Part shown: one piece after another, positions 32,181-47,117 of the stretch
Layout of the letters: every line of letters starts with the position of its first letter
Numbering within the stretch: position 1 is the stretch's first letter
Assembly (NCBI GenBank): GCA_050084515.1
Contig: CM114271.1
Location: 2,418,001-2,482,000, forward strand
DNA from: Blasia pusilla
Taxonomy: Eukaryota
Length of the DNA: 64,000 nt
Reading direction: 5' to 3'
The notes under the pieces: generated by a model
Seen by the model: the letters and a program-made list of their open reading frames with translations, nothing else
Database searches by the model: none
What the model was told of the DNA's origin: nothing
Made by a program: the position numbers and the translations under genes

Positions 32181-33150
32181 TGTTGCAAGATCCGGCCAAG
32201 GGGTGAGAACCGGACTTGGGACGCAGCTATATAGCGTTTGGAGTTTCCAACTGTACTTTTGACCATAACTTTTAGTTCCAAGATGCATTTGGGACGACTA
32301 AAGTAGCGTTGGAAAGCTTATGCAGAGCCACTTCCAACACACAAAGATTTTGGCAAAAACTTAAGCAGAAGCCGAGATATGGGCCAAGGTAGGGGGACCC
32401 CGGGGATTCCCAGAAGTACTAGTAAGGGAAAAAATATACACTTTAATAGAAACTGGGATGGAAAACCCATCGGGATAGAAAGGAGGGGGGACATATAGAG
32501 CCAAAAAACCTGCCGGCCGAAATCGGCCCTAAAGAGACAGAAGGGGGCCTCCCCCCCCTAATGACTAAAATCACCAATAACAGAGACAATATCAACAACA
32601 TCAATAGAACTATGGCTACTACTAAGTGGGCCTCTAGCATTAGCGTCTCTAGTAAGGGGGAAGGTCTCCAAGGGTGCTTGAGACCCGAACCCCACTTTGG
32701 GCGCCACGGGGCGACTCAAGGACAAGGAATGGATTGGCAGTTTTGGCATTGGGATTTAAACCCCAAACCAAGTCCAATAGAGTGGATTTTGGAGGTCCCT
32801 ATTAGATTCCAACTCGCTATTGATATTTTTGAGTCTCGGTTGGGGGCTCATGCGAGGACCATTGGACAGTTATTACTGCTAGGTGCGCACATGCCGTTTT
32901 AGGTCCTTGGACTAATGAGAAAGTCTGTCCCAAGTCTCGCAAGACTGGCCTCTGTTAGGAACCTAGGAATGAGGGAAGGTTGAGCTTCATGAGGTGCCGA
33001 GTCGAGGACTTGGTGGGTTGGAAGGCTGCTTGACCCAATCTAGACTAACGTGAGTGTGTTTGGCTGCAGGTCGGCGATGAGAGCGTGTCCTACTCAACGT
33101 ACGCTTCCGCAACTATATGATTGATGTTCAAGAAGAGTAGGCATACGACA
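32181..33150 (+). repeat. 5' LTR of Gypsy A
   Basis: Homologous to 53971-54768; termini TGTTG...CGACA; followed by the PBS. Confidence 0.8.
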
Positions 33151-36100
33151 TGTGGTATCAAAGCTAATCCTTGGTGAGCAAGAACTTGGGGTCGTGGGAG
33201 CAACCGGATGCTTGGGGAGCGGAGCGCAAGAAACAAGGAGGAGATCTGAGTGTGGCGGCTTGAAGATGGCAACCGAGGGAGATGAACCACACAAATTCCG
33301 AATCAAGTGGCGTGAACCGGAAGACAAACCGATGCCGGATTGGGAGCCAGTGGAGGAGACGCCGACTCTTGAGGTACCAAACACCATACATGAGGGTGTC
33401 CCAAACACAGACTCTCCCGTAGAGCCAATGGCTCCAAACTCAAGTGAACCGGGCATTCTATGCCTTAATGATGAACAATATGAAGATGATGACTGAGCAA
33501 GTGTTCCTGCAAAGCAAGCGGATTCTAGAGCTCGAGTCGGACCTAGCTTCAAGTTCCGGTAAAAAGCTTTGCAAGATGAATCTGCCCACGCCTTTCACTA
33601 GAGTGGGGCGGTCTTGCAAGGTGAAAGATTCCCTTATGGAGATGGAATACTACTTTGAGGCGCAAAGGGAAATAGAACAGGATAAGGTGGCAGTGGCTAT
33701 CACCTTCCTAAAGGATCATGCGCTACAATGGTGGACAATGCAGCGAGAAGAACATCTGACCGGTGGTTCACCTCTGAGTTGGGAGGAGTTCAAGATGCTG
33801 ATTGATGACCAATTCATCCCAGAGTACCAAGAGATCCACGATAAGGTAGAGCTCGTGCAACTACTGCAGACTCGGTCCCTTAGCGCTTATGTGAGGGAGT
33901 TTAGCGCGAAGTTAAACTCCATCCCTAAAATTGATTAGGCATCTGAGATAGCGATCTTCATTGGTGAACTCAAACCAAGTGAGGAGAAGGCCTTGTACAG
34001 AATGCCGGAGTTGCCAAACATTTGCGTGGAGCTTTTGAGGCTCGCAGAGCGATTGGGGATGATGAGGTCCAAACACCGAAGCCCTTCGAGACGAAAAGTT
34101 TTTCCAAGAGTTTGAAAAACAAAGGGGCACCCAAGAGAGCCTGGAGTGGGGTTGAGCAAGACAAAGGAGAGTCTCTCAACCCAGCAACAAAGTGACATGA
34201 ACGCCATGCTAAGCCAAAGGGAGTGCAACATCTGAAGTGAGGAAACGGCAAGGTGATATGCTACAACTGTGGCAAACTTGGGCACATGGGGAAGGGATGC
34301 TCCAAACCGAAGGTTAGTAATGGTAGTATGATTGCATTAGCTGCTAAGCACTTATCGGCGAGAGGTCTAGAGACCTCCCTTCAAGTCACCAAGAGGACGC
34401 CCAACTTGGTGTACCTAAGATCCAAGATTGCTAATTGTGATGTGATGTTGCTTGTGGACAAAGGCCATTGAGGTTGCTATAGGTGCTTCGCACTCCTTCC
34501 TAAGCCCAAGAATCATGAAGGAGTTGGGTTTGTCAACCTCTAAGGCGGACGAGCCCATTTGAGTAGGTTTTTCCAAAGGCAAGTCTCATCAAACTTCCAA
34601 GTTGGTGTTGGGTTTGACGATAAGATGTGGAGTATTCAAGTTGAAGGAGAATTTTACAGTGTGCGAGATGGATGGCATTGACGGAGTCTTGAGGAACACA
34701 TTCCTAGATGCGTATGAGGTGGAGGTGAGACAAAATCCATTGAGGTTGAGCATCTTAGTAAAAGGAAAACGGTTGTAGGTGAGATTGGTTTGCGAGATGC
34801 CCGTGAGAAAGGAGTTGGTCAACGCCATTACGAGGAGGAGTCTAATTGAGTTGGAAGACGGGTTCCTTTGCTTACTTAATGAGACAAGTTCAGGACATCA
34901 CAAGTGACAAGTGCAGAGATCAAGATGCGACTTCGAGGGGAATCCTAGGGCTGCTACAAAGAGTAGTCAGGGAGTTTGGTAATATCTTGACACGTGAGCT
35001 TCTGAACGAGTTCCCACCGCATAGGGCAGTCGATTATACGATAGAGGCCATTCCTAGATCTCAACCATCTAAGGTCCATCTTCCAAGGCCCCACACATAT
35101 TGTACCAAGAGGAGCTTGCACAGTTGAAAAAGCAGATAAGTGAGCTCTTACAGTAGAGCTACATCAGAACCAGCAAGTTACCATATGAAGGAGGTTGTTC
35201 TCTTTGTGAAGAAGAAGGATGGAAAGATGAGACTCTGTGTGGATTACTGTGCGTTGAATAAGATGACGGTGAGAAAAAATTACCCTCTTCTGAGGATCGA
35301 TGACCACTTTGATAGATTGTTAGGGGCAAAGTACTTCAATAGGATAGACTTGAAGTCAAGATATTACCAAATTCGGATTGCTGAAGCGGATGTGGAAAAG
35401 ACTGTGTATGGAACAAGATATGGCTCGTTTGAGTTTGTGGTGATGCCCTTTGGTTTATGTAATACACCTCCGATGTTCACCACATTGATGAACTCCATTT
35501 TTCACAAGGAGATGGATGAGTATGTGATCATTTAGATAGATGATATACTCATCTATTCGAAGTCACTAAAGGAGCACACTCGACACTTGAGAGAGGTGTT
35601 GTCGAAACTAAGGGTGAAGAAGCTATACATGAATATGGAAAAGAGTGAGTTTGGGTTCCGCAAGATCATGTTCTTGGATCATGTGCTTGCGAAGATTGAG
35701 TTAGTCCAAATATATACAAGATGAAAGCCATCGCCGAGTGGAAACCACCTTCCAGAATGAAGGGAATGAGGAGGTTGATTGGTGCGGTGCAGTTCTAGTG
35801 TTCTACCGGACCTATATGAAGAATTTTTTTGGGGATTGTGAGACCTCTCACAGATTGGACCGCAAAATATGCTAACAAAACTTGGACCCAAGAAGTGAAT
35901 GATACGTTCAATCGAGTCAAGGAGATCCTATCGCATGAGCCAGTGCTGAAGTTTCCGCAGTTTGGCATGTCATTCGAGGTGCATACTGATGCTAGGGATT
36001 TTGCGATTGCAGGAATGTCGGTTTAGGGTTTAGGAAGGAAGACCTATAGAGTAAGAGAGCAAGAAGCTCAGCAACACTGTGACGAGGTGGCCTCTCATGA

Positions 36101-38272
36101 GAAAGAGTTGTTCGCGGTGGTCCATTGCTTGAGGAATTGGCGTCACTATTTGGGACTCCACACGACTCGAGTCTTCACCGATAACGTATCACTCAAGTAT
36201 TTTGAGACCCAAGATCGAGTGACACCGAAACAATTGCGATGGCATGATACCTTGCGCAATGATGAATGTGGAACTGATCCACAAGCCAAGGAAGGATAAT
36301 ATCATTCCAGATGCGTTGAGTCTCAAGGATGAGGACATGCCATCGACAACACAAGTCTTGAGAGCAATGTTCACTAAGGAAACAAATGTGGAAAGAAGGA
36401 TTCGTGAGGGATACATGAAAGACACCTACGCAAGCGATTACGTAAAGAAGTTGAAGCAAGGCGAGAAGGTGGACAACATAAGTTTGAGGCATGGTTTGCT
36501 AAGGTTTAAGCAAAGCAGGATCTATGTGGGCGAAGGCAGGTTGCAAACCAAGGTGTTAGTGGAATGTCATGACGGGCCCTTGTCAGGGCATAAAAGAGAG
36601 AAATCCACGCTAGCTATTCTGGAAAAGAGGTTCTTCTAGCCCAACATGAAGGAAGATGTTGCTCAATATGTAAAGACTTGTGTAACCTGCCAGCAGAACA
36701 AAGTTTCTTATGCGAAGAAACAGGGCTTGGTGCACCCTTTTCCGATTCTGGACGGACCCTTTCAAAGTGTGAGTATGGAATTCATAACAAGTCTTCTAGA
36801 GTCTGAGATATACAATGCTATACTTGTGATAGTTGATCGGTTCAGTAAGTTGGGGAGATTCATGCCGACGGTGGATTCCGCGACGGCCTACACCACTTCT
36901 GAACTCTTCCTAGAAAGTTGGTGGCGCGCGCATAGGTTGCCTAGGAGTATTGTTTCAGATCAGGATCCAAAGTTTACCAATGCATTTTGGAAACACTTGT
37001 TGAGGAGGTTCAAGACCAAGCTGAATTTCAGCACGGCCTTCCATCCGTAGACGGATGGGCAGACGGAAAAGAAAAATTCCCTTGTGAACCAGTACTTAAG
37101 GAATTACGTGAGCGTAGACCAGCGAGATTGGTTAAAGTGGCTGGGTATGGCTGAGTTTTGTTACAACTCAACCAGACATTCTGCAATTGGAGAATCTCCG
37201 TTTCTCTTGGCTTATGCACGTAAACCATAAGGGCCTCTTGACCTGGCCCTTCAAAGGGCATTACATCGGCACAGACCCGAAAAGCAACGACACAAGGTTT
37301 GTTAGCGGAGATGCGAGAATGGGAGGAGCTAGTAAGAAGAAACCTTGCAAAGGCTCAATTGAGGTATGTGAAGCATGCTGACAAGAGCAGGCACAAAGTA
37401 AGATTCCGAGTTGGGGAACAAGTGTGGTTGAGTGTGAAGAATCTTACTCTTATGAAGGAGTTGTCCGCGAAGCTATCTGCCAAGTATGTGATTAAGGCAA
37501 ACCTGTTCAAGCACGTGTATACATTGGAGCTAGCAGAAGAGTTCAAGATATATCCCACTTTCTATCTGTCATTGTTGAAGAAGTATCTTCAGGATAATGA
37601 GCGTCCCGAGCGAAGACAAATGGTAAGACTGCAGCCGATAATTGTGAATGAAGAACCAAAGTTTGAGATGGAGACCATCTTGCGTTCGAGGCGTAGGGCC
37701 AACAAGTTGTCATGTCTTTTAGGATAGATTGGTGAGATCTAGTAGAGTGCATTCTCGAGTAATGGAGGACAAGCTCAAGAGGTTGAGGATGACCTGTTGA
37801 GGCCTCGGGAAACCTGAGAGAGTAGGTTTCCCCTTCGTTTCGGCTCATTTGGAGCCATATTAAGGAACTTACTATTTTAGATAAGTACCAATTTGAGTAT
37901 ATGGCCGACTTTATATTTTTGGTATGTGGCCCTTGACCTCCTACATCAAGTCAAGAGCCAAGTAGGTAACTTGGGAGCATAGGTTACCATGGAGAGAGTT
38001 TGGGAGAGGGGAGGGGTATACCTCAAGGAGAGAGAGAGAGAACTTGAGAGCTCATTCTTTCTTTGTTGAACCTCTTGGCATGAGGCGGAGGAGCTATGGT
38101 CTTGCTTGCCTTATGTGTGTAACCCAAGCCTATGATGAGGAGAGTGGGTTTGGTTTGACATTGAGAGAGATATGTGAGAGTGCACTCATTTGAGAGCTAT
38201 GGTGTTGAGAGAGATTGGATCTTGATTTACAAAGAGAGAATGAGATTAATGAGAGACCTTCATGGGGGAGCG

Positions 38273-41200
38273 TGTGAGAAAACAAAAAGTGACGAAATCA
38301 CTGAAATCTTTACAAAACTTAGAGATACAAAGTGGCCTAGTCCGTCCATGCGCTCATAGAAGAGCTTTGATGGAATCTGACCTGGGAGATAACTCGACAT
38401 ACGAGAATGCGCTACCGCTGCGGCTCCCGACTATTTGACTACTCGGGAAAACTAGGGTTTTTACCTATTTTTCTTCGTTTCTATTAATAGAAAAATTTTG
38501 TAACCCTATATTGCATCAGAGTGCCCCGCACCTTGATGCAATATAGGGTTAGATAAACCTAGAAACGCTACTCCTAAAACCACCTACGTCATATTATTAT
38601 GACTCCTTCGACGTCTAAGTCGGAACCATCAATCTAGGCTTCTCCTCATACAAGGGGGCCGATCAGATTAATGGTGCTTAGAGAAGTGGATGTTGAGAAT
38701 CCAACACCCCCCCTCAATATCCACTCTCATGTGGACTACAGTCTTGGACCTATGCCAAAACCCTTCAGATGTCGGTGAAGCTGATCTCCGCACAAAGCTT
38801 TCGTGAAGATGTCTGCACGGTTATCCTCTGTTGGACAATAGACTAACTTCAAAACCTCTCTCTCGATCAATTCACGAACAAAGTGATATTGGATCTCTAT
38901 GTGCTTCGTATGAGCATGAAACACAGGATTATGTGCTATGGCAATGCAACTCTGATTGTCACACCACATTACAGTAGCACTTTCTGGTGCTTCTCCTATG
39001 TCCTCCAATATCCATCTCAACCATACTGCTTCACAAGAAGCATAACAAGCCGCAGTGTACTGTGCCTTGGTAGAAGAAAGATCCATTGTAGGTTGCTTCT
39101 TGCTAACCCATGACACCACATCTGATCCTACCGAGAAGCAATAACCCGAAACAGATCTTCGAGAATCTGAATATCTTGTCCAATCCGAGTCACAAAAACC
39201 TGTCATTTCCGTCCCTGCTCCATAGGTGATGCCAAACTCGATAGTGCCTTTGATGTACTTCAACACACGCATCCCTGCCTTCCAATGGTTCTCACGAGGC
39301 TTAGTTGAGAACCTACTCAACACTCTCACATCGAAGCTAATGTTTGGTCTACTGTTACACAAAAATATCAAACTGCCTACAAGCTTTCTGTACAACTTTT
39401 CATCTACCAATGGTGAAACATCCTCCATCGAGAGTTTCAACTCTACCTCCATTGGCGAGACCAGTGCCTTACACTCGGTCATCCCGAATGCCTTCAACAT
39501 TTCTCTAGCATACTTCTATTGAGAGAGAAAAATAGAATCTGATTGTTGCCAAATTTCTAGCCCCATAAAGTAGTGTAGAAGACCTAAATCTGACATTTCA
39601 AACTCAGATTTCAACACTCCCTTCATTTCCTCTATTTTCTTACTGTGGTCTCCTGTGATGATCAGATCATCCACATACAGGACTATCAACATATACATCC
39701 CATCTTCGCAAAACACATACAAATTTGCTTCTGACGAACTCTTGATGAGACCCTTCTCTCGAAAGAATGTATCTATTCGTTCGTTGATACCATACCTTGG
39801 GCTTGCTTCAACCTATACAATGCTCGATGAAGTAAACAAACTTTCTCTTCTGATCCGGGTGTCTCAAAGCTTGGTGGTTGAGAAACATATACCTCCTCCT
39901 TGAGACTCCCATTGAGAAAGGCAGACTTCACATCGTATTGGTATACAGGCCAATGTCTTGTTCCTCCAACTGCTAGAACCATTCGAATGGTTGTCATCCT
40001 TGCAGTAGGAGCAAAAGTCTCATAAGGTCAAAACCTTTGATTTGTGAGCATTCTTGTGCAACCAACCTCGCTTTGAATTTATCCAATGTACCGTCCAACT
40101 TGTACTTGGTCTTGTTCACCCACTTGGTGCGTATTATCTTCCTGTCCTTTGGCTTTTCAACCAAAGTCCAAGTTTCATTCCTCTGAATAGCGTCCATCTC
40201 CATCTGCATGGCCTCTCTACATTGAGGATGAGCAAGGGCCTCATCGAAGCATGATGGCTCTTCCACCTTCAAGACCTCTGTCATCAAGGCCATGTTGACG
40301 AGATGTGCGGAAGCTCTATTCTGCTCCTCTAGTCTCTTGGATCTCCTTGGATGTGTAACAACTTCATCAGTTGTTGGTGGATCCTTACCATCCAAGAGCT
40401 GCTTTATCCACTTAGGGTATGACGACCGTAGTGGAAGAGCAGGTTGCTCTTTGTAATCATCACCAAATTCTTCTTCTTGATGATCTGGTTTAAACATTTA
40501 TGGTGTGCTCTGGTGGATTATCTCTTCGTTTGATGATAATGTGGACGGACCACTGATATCCGCCACTTGACGAGGCTATTCCTGGAACACCACATCACGA
40601 CTCACAAGCATCTTCTTTTCCTCAGGACACCAAGGGCGATAAGCTTTAGACTCATCACTGTATCCCATAAAGATGCACTTCCTACTCTTGGACTCCAGCT
40701 TGGTCCCAGATGCTTCAGGAATATGTACAAAACACTCACTACCAAAAGTCCTGAAATGTTGGACTGATGGTACCTTAACTGAGTATGATTGATGAGGAGT
40801 CATGCCTTGCACTGACTTGGTAGCACTTCTATTTAGAATTTATACGATAGTATTAACAACTTCAGCCCAAAATCCTTCTGTCACACCTTTTGCTTTCATC
40901 ATACATCTTGCCATCTCCACCACTGTACAATTTCAATGCTCAACAACTCCATTTTGTTGTGGTGTATGTGCCGTGGTTAACTGTCGCTTGATTCCATGCT
41001 CCCCCAAATATTTGTTGAATTCTGTTGATAAGAATTCTCCTCCTCGATCAGTGCGATGCTTTTGTACCTTCTTTCCTGTCTCATTCTCAACCAACTTGTG
41101 CCATACTTTAAATTTTCCAAAAGCACTTGCCTTATCACGAAGGAAATACACCCACATCTTCCTACTATAATCGTCGACAACTAAAAAGAAGTAGGAAGAA

Positions 41201-43251
41201 CCACCTAATGCCACTGTTCTCATTTTACCACAGAGCTCAGCATGTATCAACTCTAGAGGAGCCTTTGCCCTATTGCTGGACTCTTGTGGAAATGGTTGTC
41301 GGTGTTGCTTGCCCATCATACAAGCTTCACAAGTATCCGACACTCCAGAAATTGTTGGTAAATCAAAGCAACCATGCCAGATTTCTGATCATCGACTTAG
41401 TAAGGGAAAGCTTAGGTGACCAAATCTTTCATGCCACAACTTACTGCTACTAAGATCTATACCTACACTTGTCGTGAAAGCATACAACTCGTAGATATTT
41501 CCACGTCGTATAACTTCACCCACTACTTTCCCATTGGCATCCTCAATGACTGCTCCAGTTTTCTTGAAACGAATTTCTAGGTCACGATCACATAATACTG
41601 CCACTGAAATCAAATTTTGCTTCAACTCTGGTACGTACAGTACATCAGTTAACTTCTTTTCATCTCCTTTTTGTGAGACTAAAGAAATTGTCTCTTTCCC
41701 TTCTACAGGGCACTTTGCATTATTCCCAACAGTAACAACGATGGGCTCCTGTAGAGGCTGTAAGGAGCTATACCAATCCTTATGATTGGTCATACGCCTA
41801 GATGCTCCACTATCGAGCACCCATGCATCTTCACTCTTTGACTTCGTGGAATGTTCTGCCTGTGTGCAAAACTCTTCTATTGCTACCCAAGCATCTACTT
41901 CATGTTCTCCTAGTTCTCTGCAATTTCGGACTCCTTCTTAGGTCTTAAACAACCGTTCTTCTCATCCTGACTCCTCTTTCTACAATCTTTGATAAGATGA
42001 CCTAGCTTACCACAATAAAAGCATTTGAAGGCTTTTCTTGGAAATTTCTTCTTGACATTTGAACTGTAATCCTGATTTCTACCTCTCTGTACGTTGGCAG
42101 TAAATGCTGCATCATTTCCCTCTCTTGCTTTGAAGCGCATTTCCTCTTCTACCAACATTACACTAAATTGTTTAAAAGTAAGCAGCATGGGTCTTACTTG
42201 AGTATTGATCTGATGACAAACTGTCGTACCTTGGAGGCAAAATCCTTATGCACCGACGTGCCAAATCTTCGCTAGACTTTGAAATTCCCACGGACGCCAT
42301 CTGATCTTGAAGATTCTTGATCCTTGTCAAAAATTGCTCCGCGCTTTCTCCTTCTGAAAATTTCTCGGACGTAAGGTGATTCTCCAGATTCAAAATCCGA
42401 GTCTCATTCCTCGTTTCATACTGATTCTTCAAAATGTTCCACGCCTTAGCAGCAGTGGTTGTATGTTGAATGAGAGTCATGACAGAATCAGTTACATTGT
42501 GACAATCGCATATAGAGCATCAGCGTTTCTGCGTCTCCATGCCAACAATACAACAGGATCGATATCCCCAGATGAAGATGAACATGCAGAACTCAAACTA
42601 GCTTGTGGATTTGAATCGACCCCTGTGGCCGTTTCCCAGATCTCAAATGATTCGAGGACAGTTCTCATTTTGAACTTCCACAACGTATAGTTAGACCCAT
42701 CTAACTTCCCTTCACCCAGGGGAGGAGGGCGAGCACGAACTGACGAAGAAGTAGCCATCTCTCAAGATTTTGTGCAAACACACTAGATCGCCAGATACAA
42801 AATACTGGAAAACCTACTGCTTTGATACCATGTGAGAAAACAGAAAGTGACGAAATCACTGAAATCTTTACAAAACTTAGAGATACAAAGTGGCCTAGTC
42901 CGTCCGTGCGCTCACAGAAGAACTTCAATGGAACCTGAAGTGGGAGATAACTCGACATACGAGAATGCGCTACCGCTGCGGCTCCTGACTATTTAACAAC
43001 TCGGGAAAACTAGGGTTTTTACCTATTTTTCTTTGTTTCTATTAATAGAAAATTTTTGTATCAGGGTGCCCCGCACCCTAATGCAAAATTGGGTTAGATA
43101 AACCTAGTAACGCTTCTCCTAAAACCACCTACGTCATATTACTCTGACTCCTTCGACGTCTAAGTCGGAACCATCAATTTAGGCTTCTCCTCATACAAGG
43201 GAGCCGATCAAATTAATGGTGCTTAGAGAAGTGGATGTTGAGAATCCAACA
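38273..43251 (-). mobile_element. Copia element C, full length but mutated, nested in B
   Basis: TG...CA LTRs at 38273-38706 and 42831-43251. PBS TGGTATCAAAGC (plus strand 42819-42830), PPT GAGGGGGGG next to 38706, TSD GAGCG/GAGGG. Coding region gag (KLDGSNYTLWKFKM, CFYCGKLGHLIKDC)-PR (LDSGAS)-INT-RT (YVDD)-RNaseH (ADIFTKAL) runs 42758-38736. Confidence 0.95.
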
Positions 43252-46200
43252 GAGGGTGCTGGTCACTCACTAGTTTTGCAGGTTGGGATCGTATTCCCCA
43301 TTCAACGGTTCATGGAAGTGCTCATTGGAGCTGGAGGCGCTGATTTTTTATGTTTCGTTTGCCAATTTTTCGTTGGGAAGAGTGGCACGCGGAAGCAAGG
43401 ACCCAATTTTTTATAGGAATTGAGTATGGGGGCAGATTGCTCCATGTTGATGCTCTCAAGAGCACCATGTAGCTTTCTGATCTGTGTTCTCAAATATCTT
43501 ACATTTTTGTTGGGAGAAATCAGTGCAGAAGAGTTGCCAAATTTTGTGTAGGAGAGAGAGACGTTGGGCTTTACGACAGTCCTTGTCAATTTTACACGAA
43601 CATCTGATTCAAATAATTTTTTGACGTTGTTGCAGATCATGAAGTTGTTCACGCTGTGCAACAGAAAGTGCACCATTTGGAGTTGCGAGAAAACAGGTAT
43701 GGTCAATCTTGAAAATTTTCAATTGCTAGGCGAGTTTTAGGGTTAAATTTTTCAAACAATAAACCAGCCGCCATGTTTTCACAGTCACCGTCATCGATCC
43801 GCCGTCGATGGTCAACCATCACCATCAATGGTCAAACATCACCGTCAATGGTCCACCATCCACCATCCACCGTCGGCCGCCGCCGCCGCCGCCTAGCATT
43901 GCTCAGAGCCGCGTGTGGTCGTTGTCCACCCTTGGTTGCCATTGCCGCCATTACGGACTGGAGGGTCTTCCACGACGACCTTTGATTCTCTAACTTGCAC
44001 CGCCACCATGTACTTTGTTTTGGCCGTGACCATCATCTCAATTTGTCATCAACTAGTGATGGCAGGTGACCTCGGGTTATGGTGTTTGAGTTTTCATTTC
44101 ATGCTGCTATGTTGTGATTGGTAGCCGCTCGACGACGATCGAGTATCGTGCCGTGAAGTTCGTAGCTGCAACGTGCCACCGATTTTTGCACCATGCCGCT
44201 CGTGGCCGCACTACACCATCTCGATCGCGGAGCCGCTCCTTCACTAAGGAGTAGATCGTGTGAATTTCTGATGGAGGAGGGTATGCCGCCGAGTTCCGCA
44301 CCCCATTCCCGAGTGCCGTGTCGTTTGTGGCCGTTTTGTGCCGCCAGTGCTGCATCGGACCGCTGGACTTGCACCGCACATCGAGGAGGTTTGAGCAGCA
44401 TCAATACAAGAGGAGTACGACTTGTTGATTGGAGGAGTTGTCTTCGCGACCGAGTTGGGGTCGAGATTTGCAGTTTTCGAGGAGCGACATCGACATTATT
44501 ATGAGGTTACCCATCGTGGTCTCTTACCTTGCAAGTGTGAGGGATATCCGGGTATTGGGAAGTTATTTGGGATATTGGGGTTTGTGCTGATGTTGAGAGC
44601 ATCGATGATGTAGGGGACATAGACCTATGTGGGATGTCGAGAATTGAGGATAGTTTGTCGATGAGACGATAGATCAGTTGATTTTCCGAACTGTGCCGCT
44701 AGTTGCCGCACAACACACGTCTTAGTGAGAGAGTGTAGATTGAGTGCTACATGTTTAGTTTTAGTGATTGAGGGATTACTTGCAAGATTGAGAGTGATCG
44801 TGTGAGAGGGGCACAAGGGCCATCATGGCATGCTTTTAGGATTTTGAGATGCGAGGTAGTGGACCTGAGAGTAGCTCTGAAGGGTTTACCTCGAGTGGTG
44901 CGAGGTTTTGAGGGTCTCCACGTGAGAGACCAACTCGATCTCCTTTTGTGTCATCTTCAAACAAGGGGGAGCATGTAGAGGAGTGTGTTAGTAATCCACC
45001 ATACAAATTGAGTGGTCCTACCAGTTGGGCGTACGAGATGGACGACCAGGGTAGAGGACCGCGTAGGTTTTCGGGTGTTGTAGGCACTATAGAGCTACAT
45101 GACTTCATTGCGGAGTTTAGGAGTTGATGTGACTCACAACGGGCTAGGAATTCTAGCAAGTTCAACGTGTTTACAGCATGGAATGATATGTTCCAGCATT
45201 TAGAGGGGACGCCCATGGACAATTACCATGAGTTCTCCCACAGATATGCCCTAGAGATTGAGGCATGGCGACTCTACTATGACCCACACTATGTGTCATG
45301 GACGGAGCCATTCCCAGATGAGGAGGAGAATTCAGGAGAGGCTACTTCCTCTTCCACTAGTGATGTTTTAGGATGGGTCACTCGCACTAGAGCAGTTGCA
45401 CCGTCTAGTTGGGTTTGTCCTAGGTTCAACCCCGTGGTTGAGTTCTTCGATGAGTTAAGGGCAAGCTACCAGGGGGTACGGACGGAGAAGTTGCGGAGCA
45501 TCCACGACTTCTAGAGGTACTCGGGTTAGAGTTTGCATGAGGCTTATACTCGCTTGCGCCGGTTGATCAACGTCATTCACGAGGTGATAGAGGCTCACGC
45601 TATCCACTCAAGTTACGCAATGCTCGACCAAACCCTGCGGACACAGGTGCAGGAGGGGATGCTTCTTATGAACACCTCCCCTATGTTGAGAGATGTTTTT
45701 AGGACCGCCGATAAAATTGAGCATAACATGGTGGAGGAGAGCGTAGCCACCATGGGTTTTCGGCGAGAGTAGTAACGATTGCCTACACCGCCACTGAAGC
45801 AACGTGGACTCCACAGAGGCACCACGAGCTCAAGGAGGATACCGGGAGGCCATGCCACGGAGACCCACGCCTTCATATATGGCTTAGCAGTAGCTACCTT
45901 GAATACTTGTTGGTCATGTGGTGGAGCTCATCATCAGTATGATTGCACTCGTCACGGTCATGGACAGGTGCCTCAGCATGGAGGAGGAGATGGTGTTGCA
46001 CCAGGAGGTTACTAGTGTGACTATTGTCTAAGGTATGGTCACACACGCGCCAGGTGATTCAATTTACACCCTGAGTTACGTCCGGACCAAGGGCTAGACA
46101 CGGCACCACAGCAAGTAGCTGGTTTGGATGGGCCTAGAGATCATGCATCAAGTGGTCCTATTGGGAGACGAGGAGCTGGAGGTTCTCGACAGGGTCGTGG

Positions 46201-47117
46201 AGCTGCCCGTGGAGGAGGTAGAGTCCCACCACCTAGACGCGTCAAGGGAACGCCAGGCATGGGGATGGGATGGTTGCTCAGATACAGTAGCTATAGGAGA
46301 AAATTTCCGCTATGGCATTAAGGTTACCCGATGCTGGATCCGTGGCATCGATATCATATGGAGTAGCAACAAATATGGAGGATCCTGGTTGGATGTGCGG
46401 AGTTGCGCAGATGGAGGCCGCCGCAATTGTGACGTGTGGAGCAGCCGTAGAGTTGGATCCACAACGAGGGAAAGCAAGGAAATAGACCAGGCTTCCTTAC
46501 TCTTTCATGTTGTCCGAGGCGATGAGGACCCCATTGATGGGTTCTGATCAGAGTTCCCGAAGAGTTGGTGATGTTATTGGCGTGCAGGCACGGAGGGCAA
46601 TGGAAGAAACGAGTGCGACGACTCCTATTGGGAGCATGTGTCAAGTACGATGTTGGGGACCGCCACGATGGTGTACCGTGCTCTGCTATTTTTTGCTTTT
46701 GATGTTATGACATTGGGAGGTACGCTCGCCGAGGTGTTTAAGCTGGCGGGTGAACCCAATGTTGATCCCTCCAAAGAGATCCAACACCCAAATACCCTCC
46801 TCTGGGATGCACCACACAATCAAGGTGGTGTCCAAAGGGGTCATAGCAGTACTTCTGCCTACATGGGGTTCCTCTGACTCATCACACTCTGGTGCAAACA
46901 TCTCGCTCCACGCGGTCTCCACATGCTTAGTGGTTAAGCGTCGAAGGTCCTCAATCGAGCCCCAAAGCAGCACCTCTCCTCCATGGACTAATGCGGCTAC
47001 CATGACACTCCTCTCCATAGAAATTTCAGGAACGTGAGTATCCTCTGCATGGACATGTCCCTCAATCAAATCACTAGGCATCTCTCCTATCCGTCGCTCG
47101 ATCACTGCACTTGTGAA

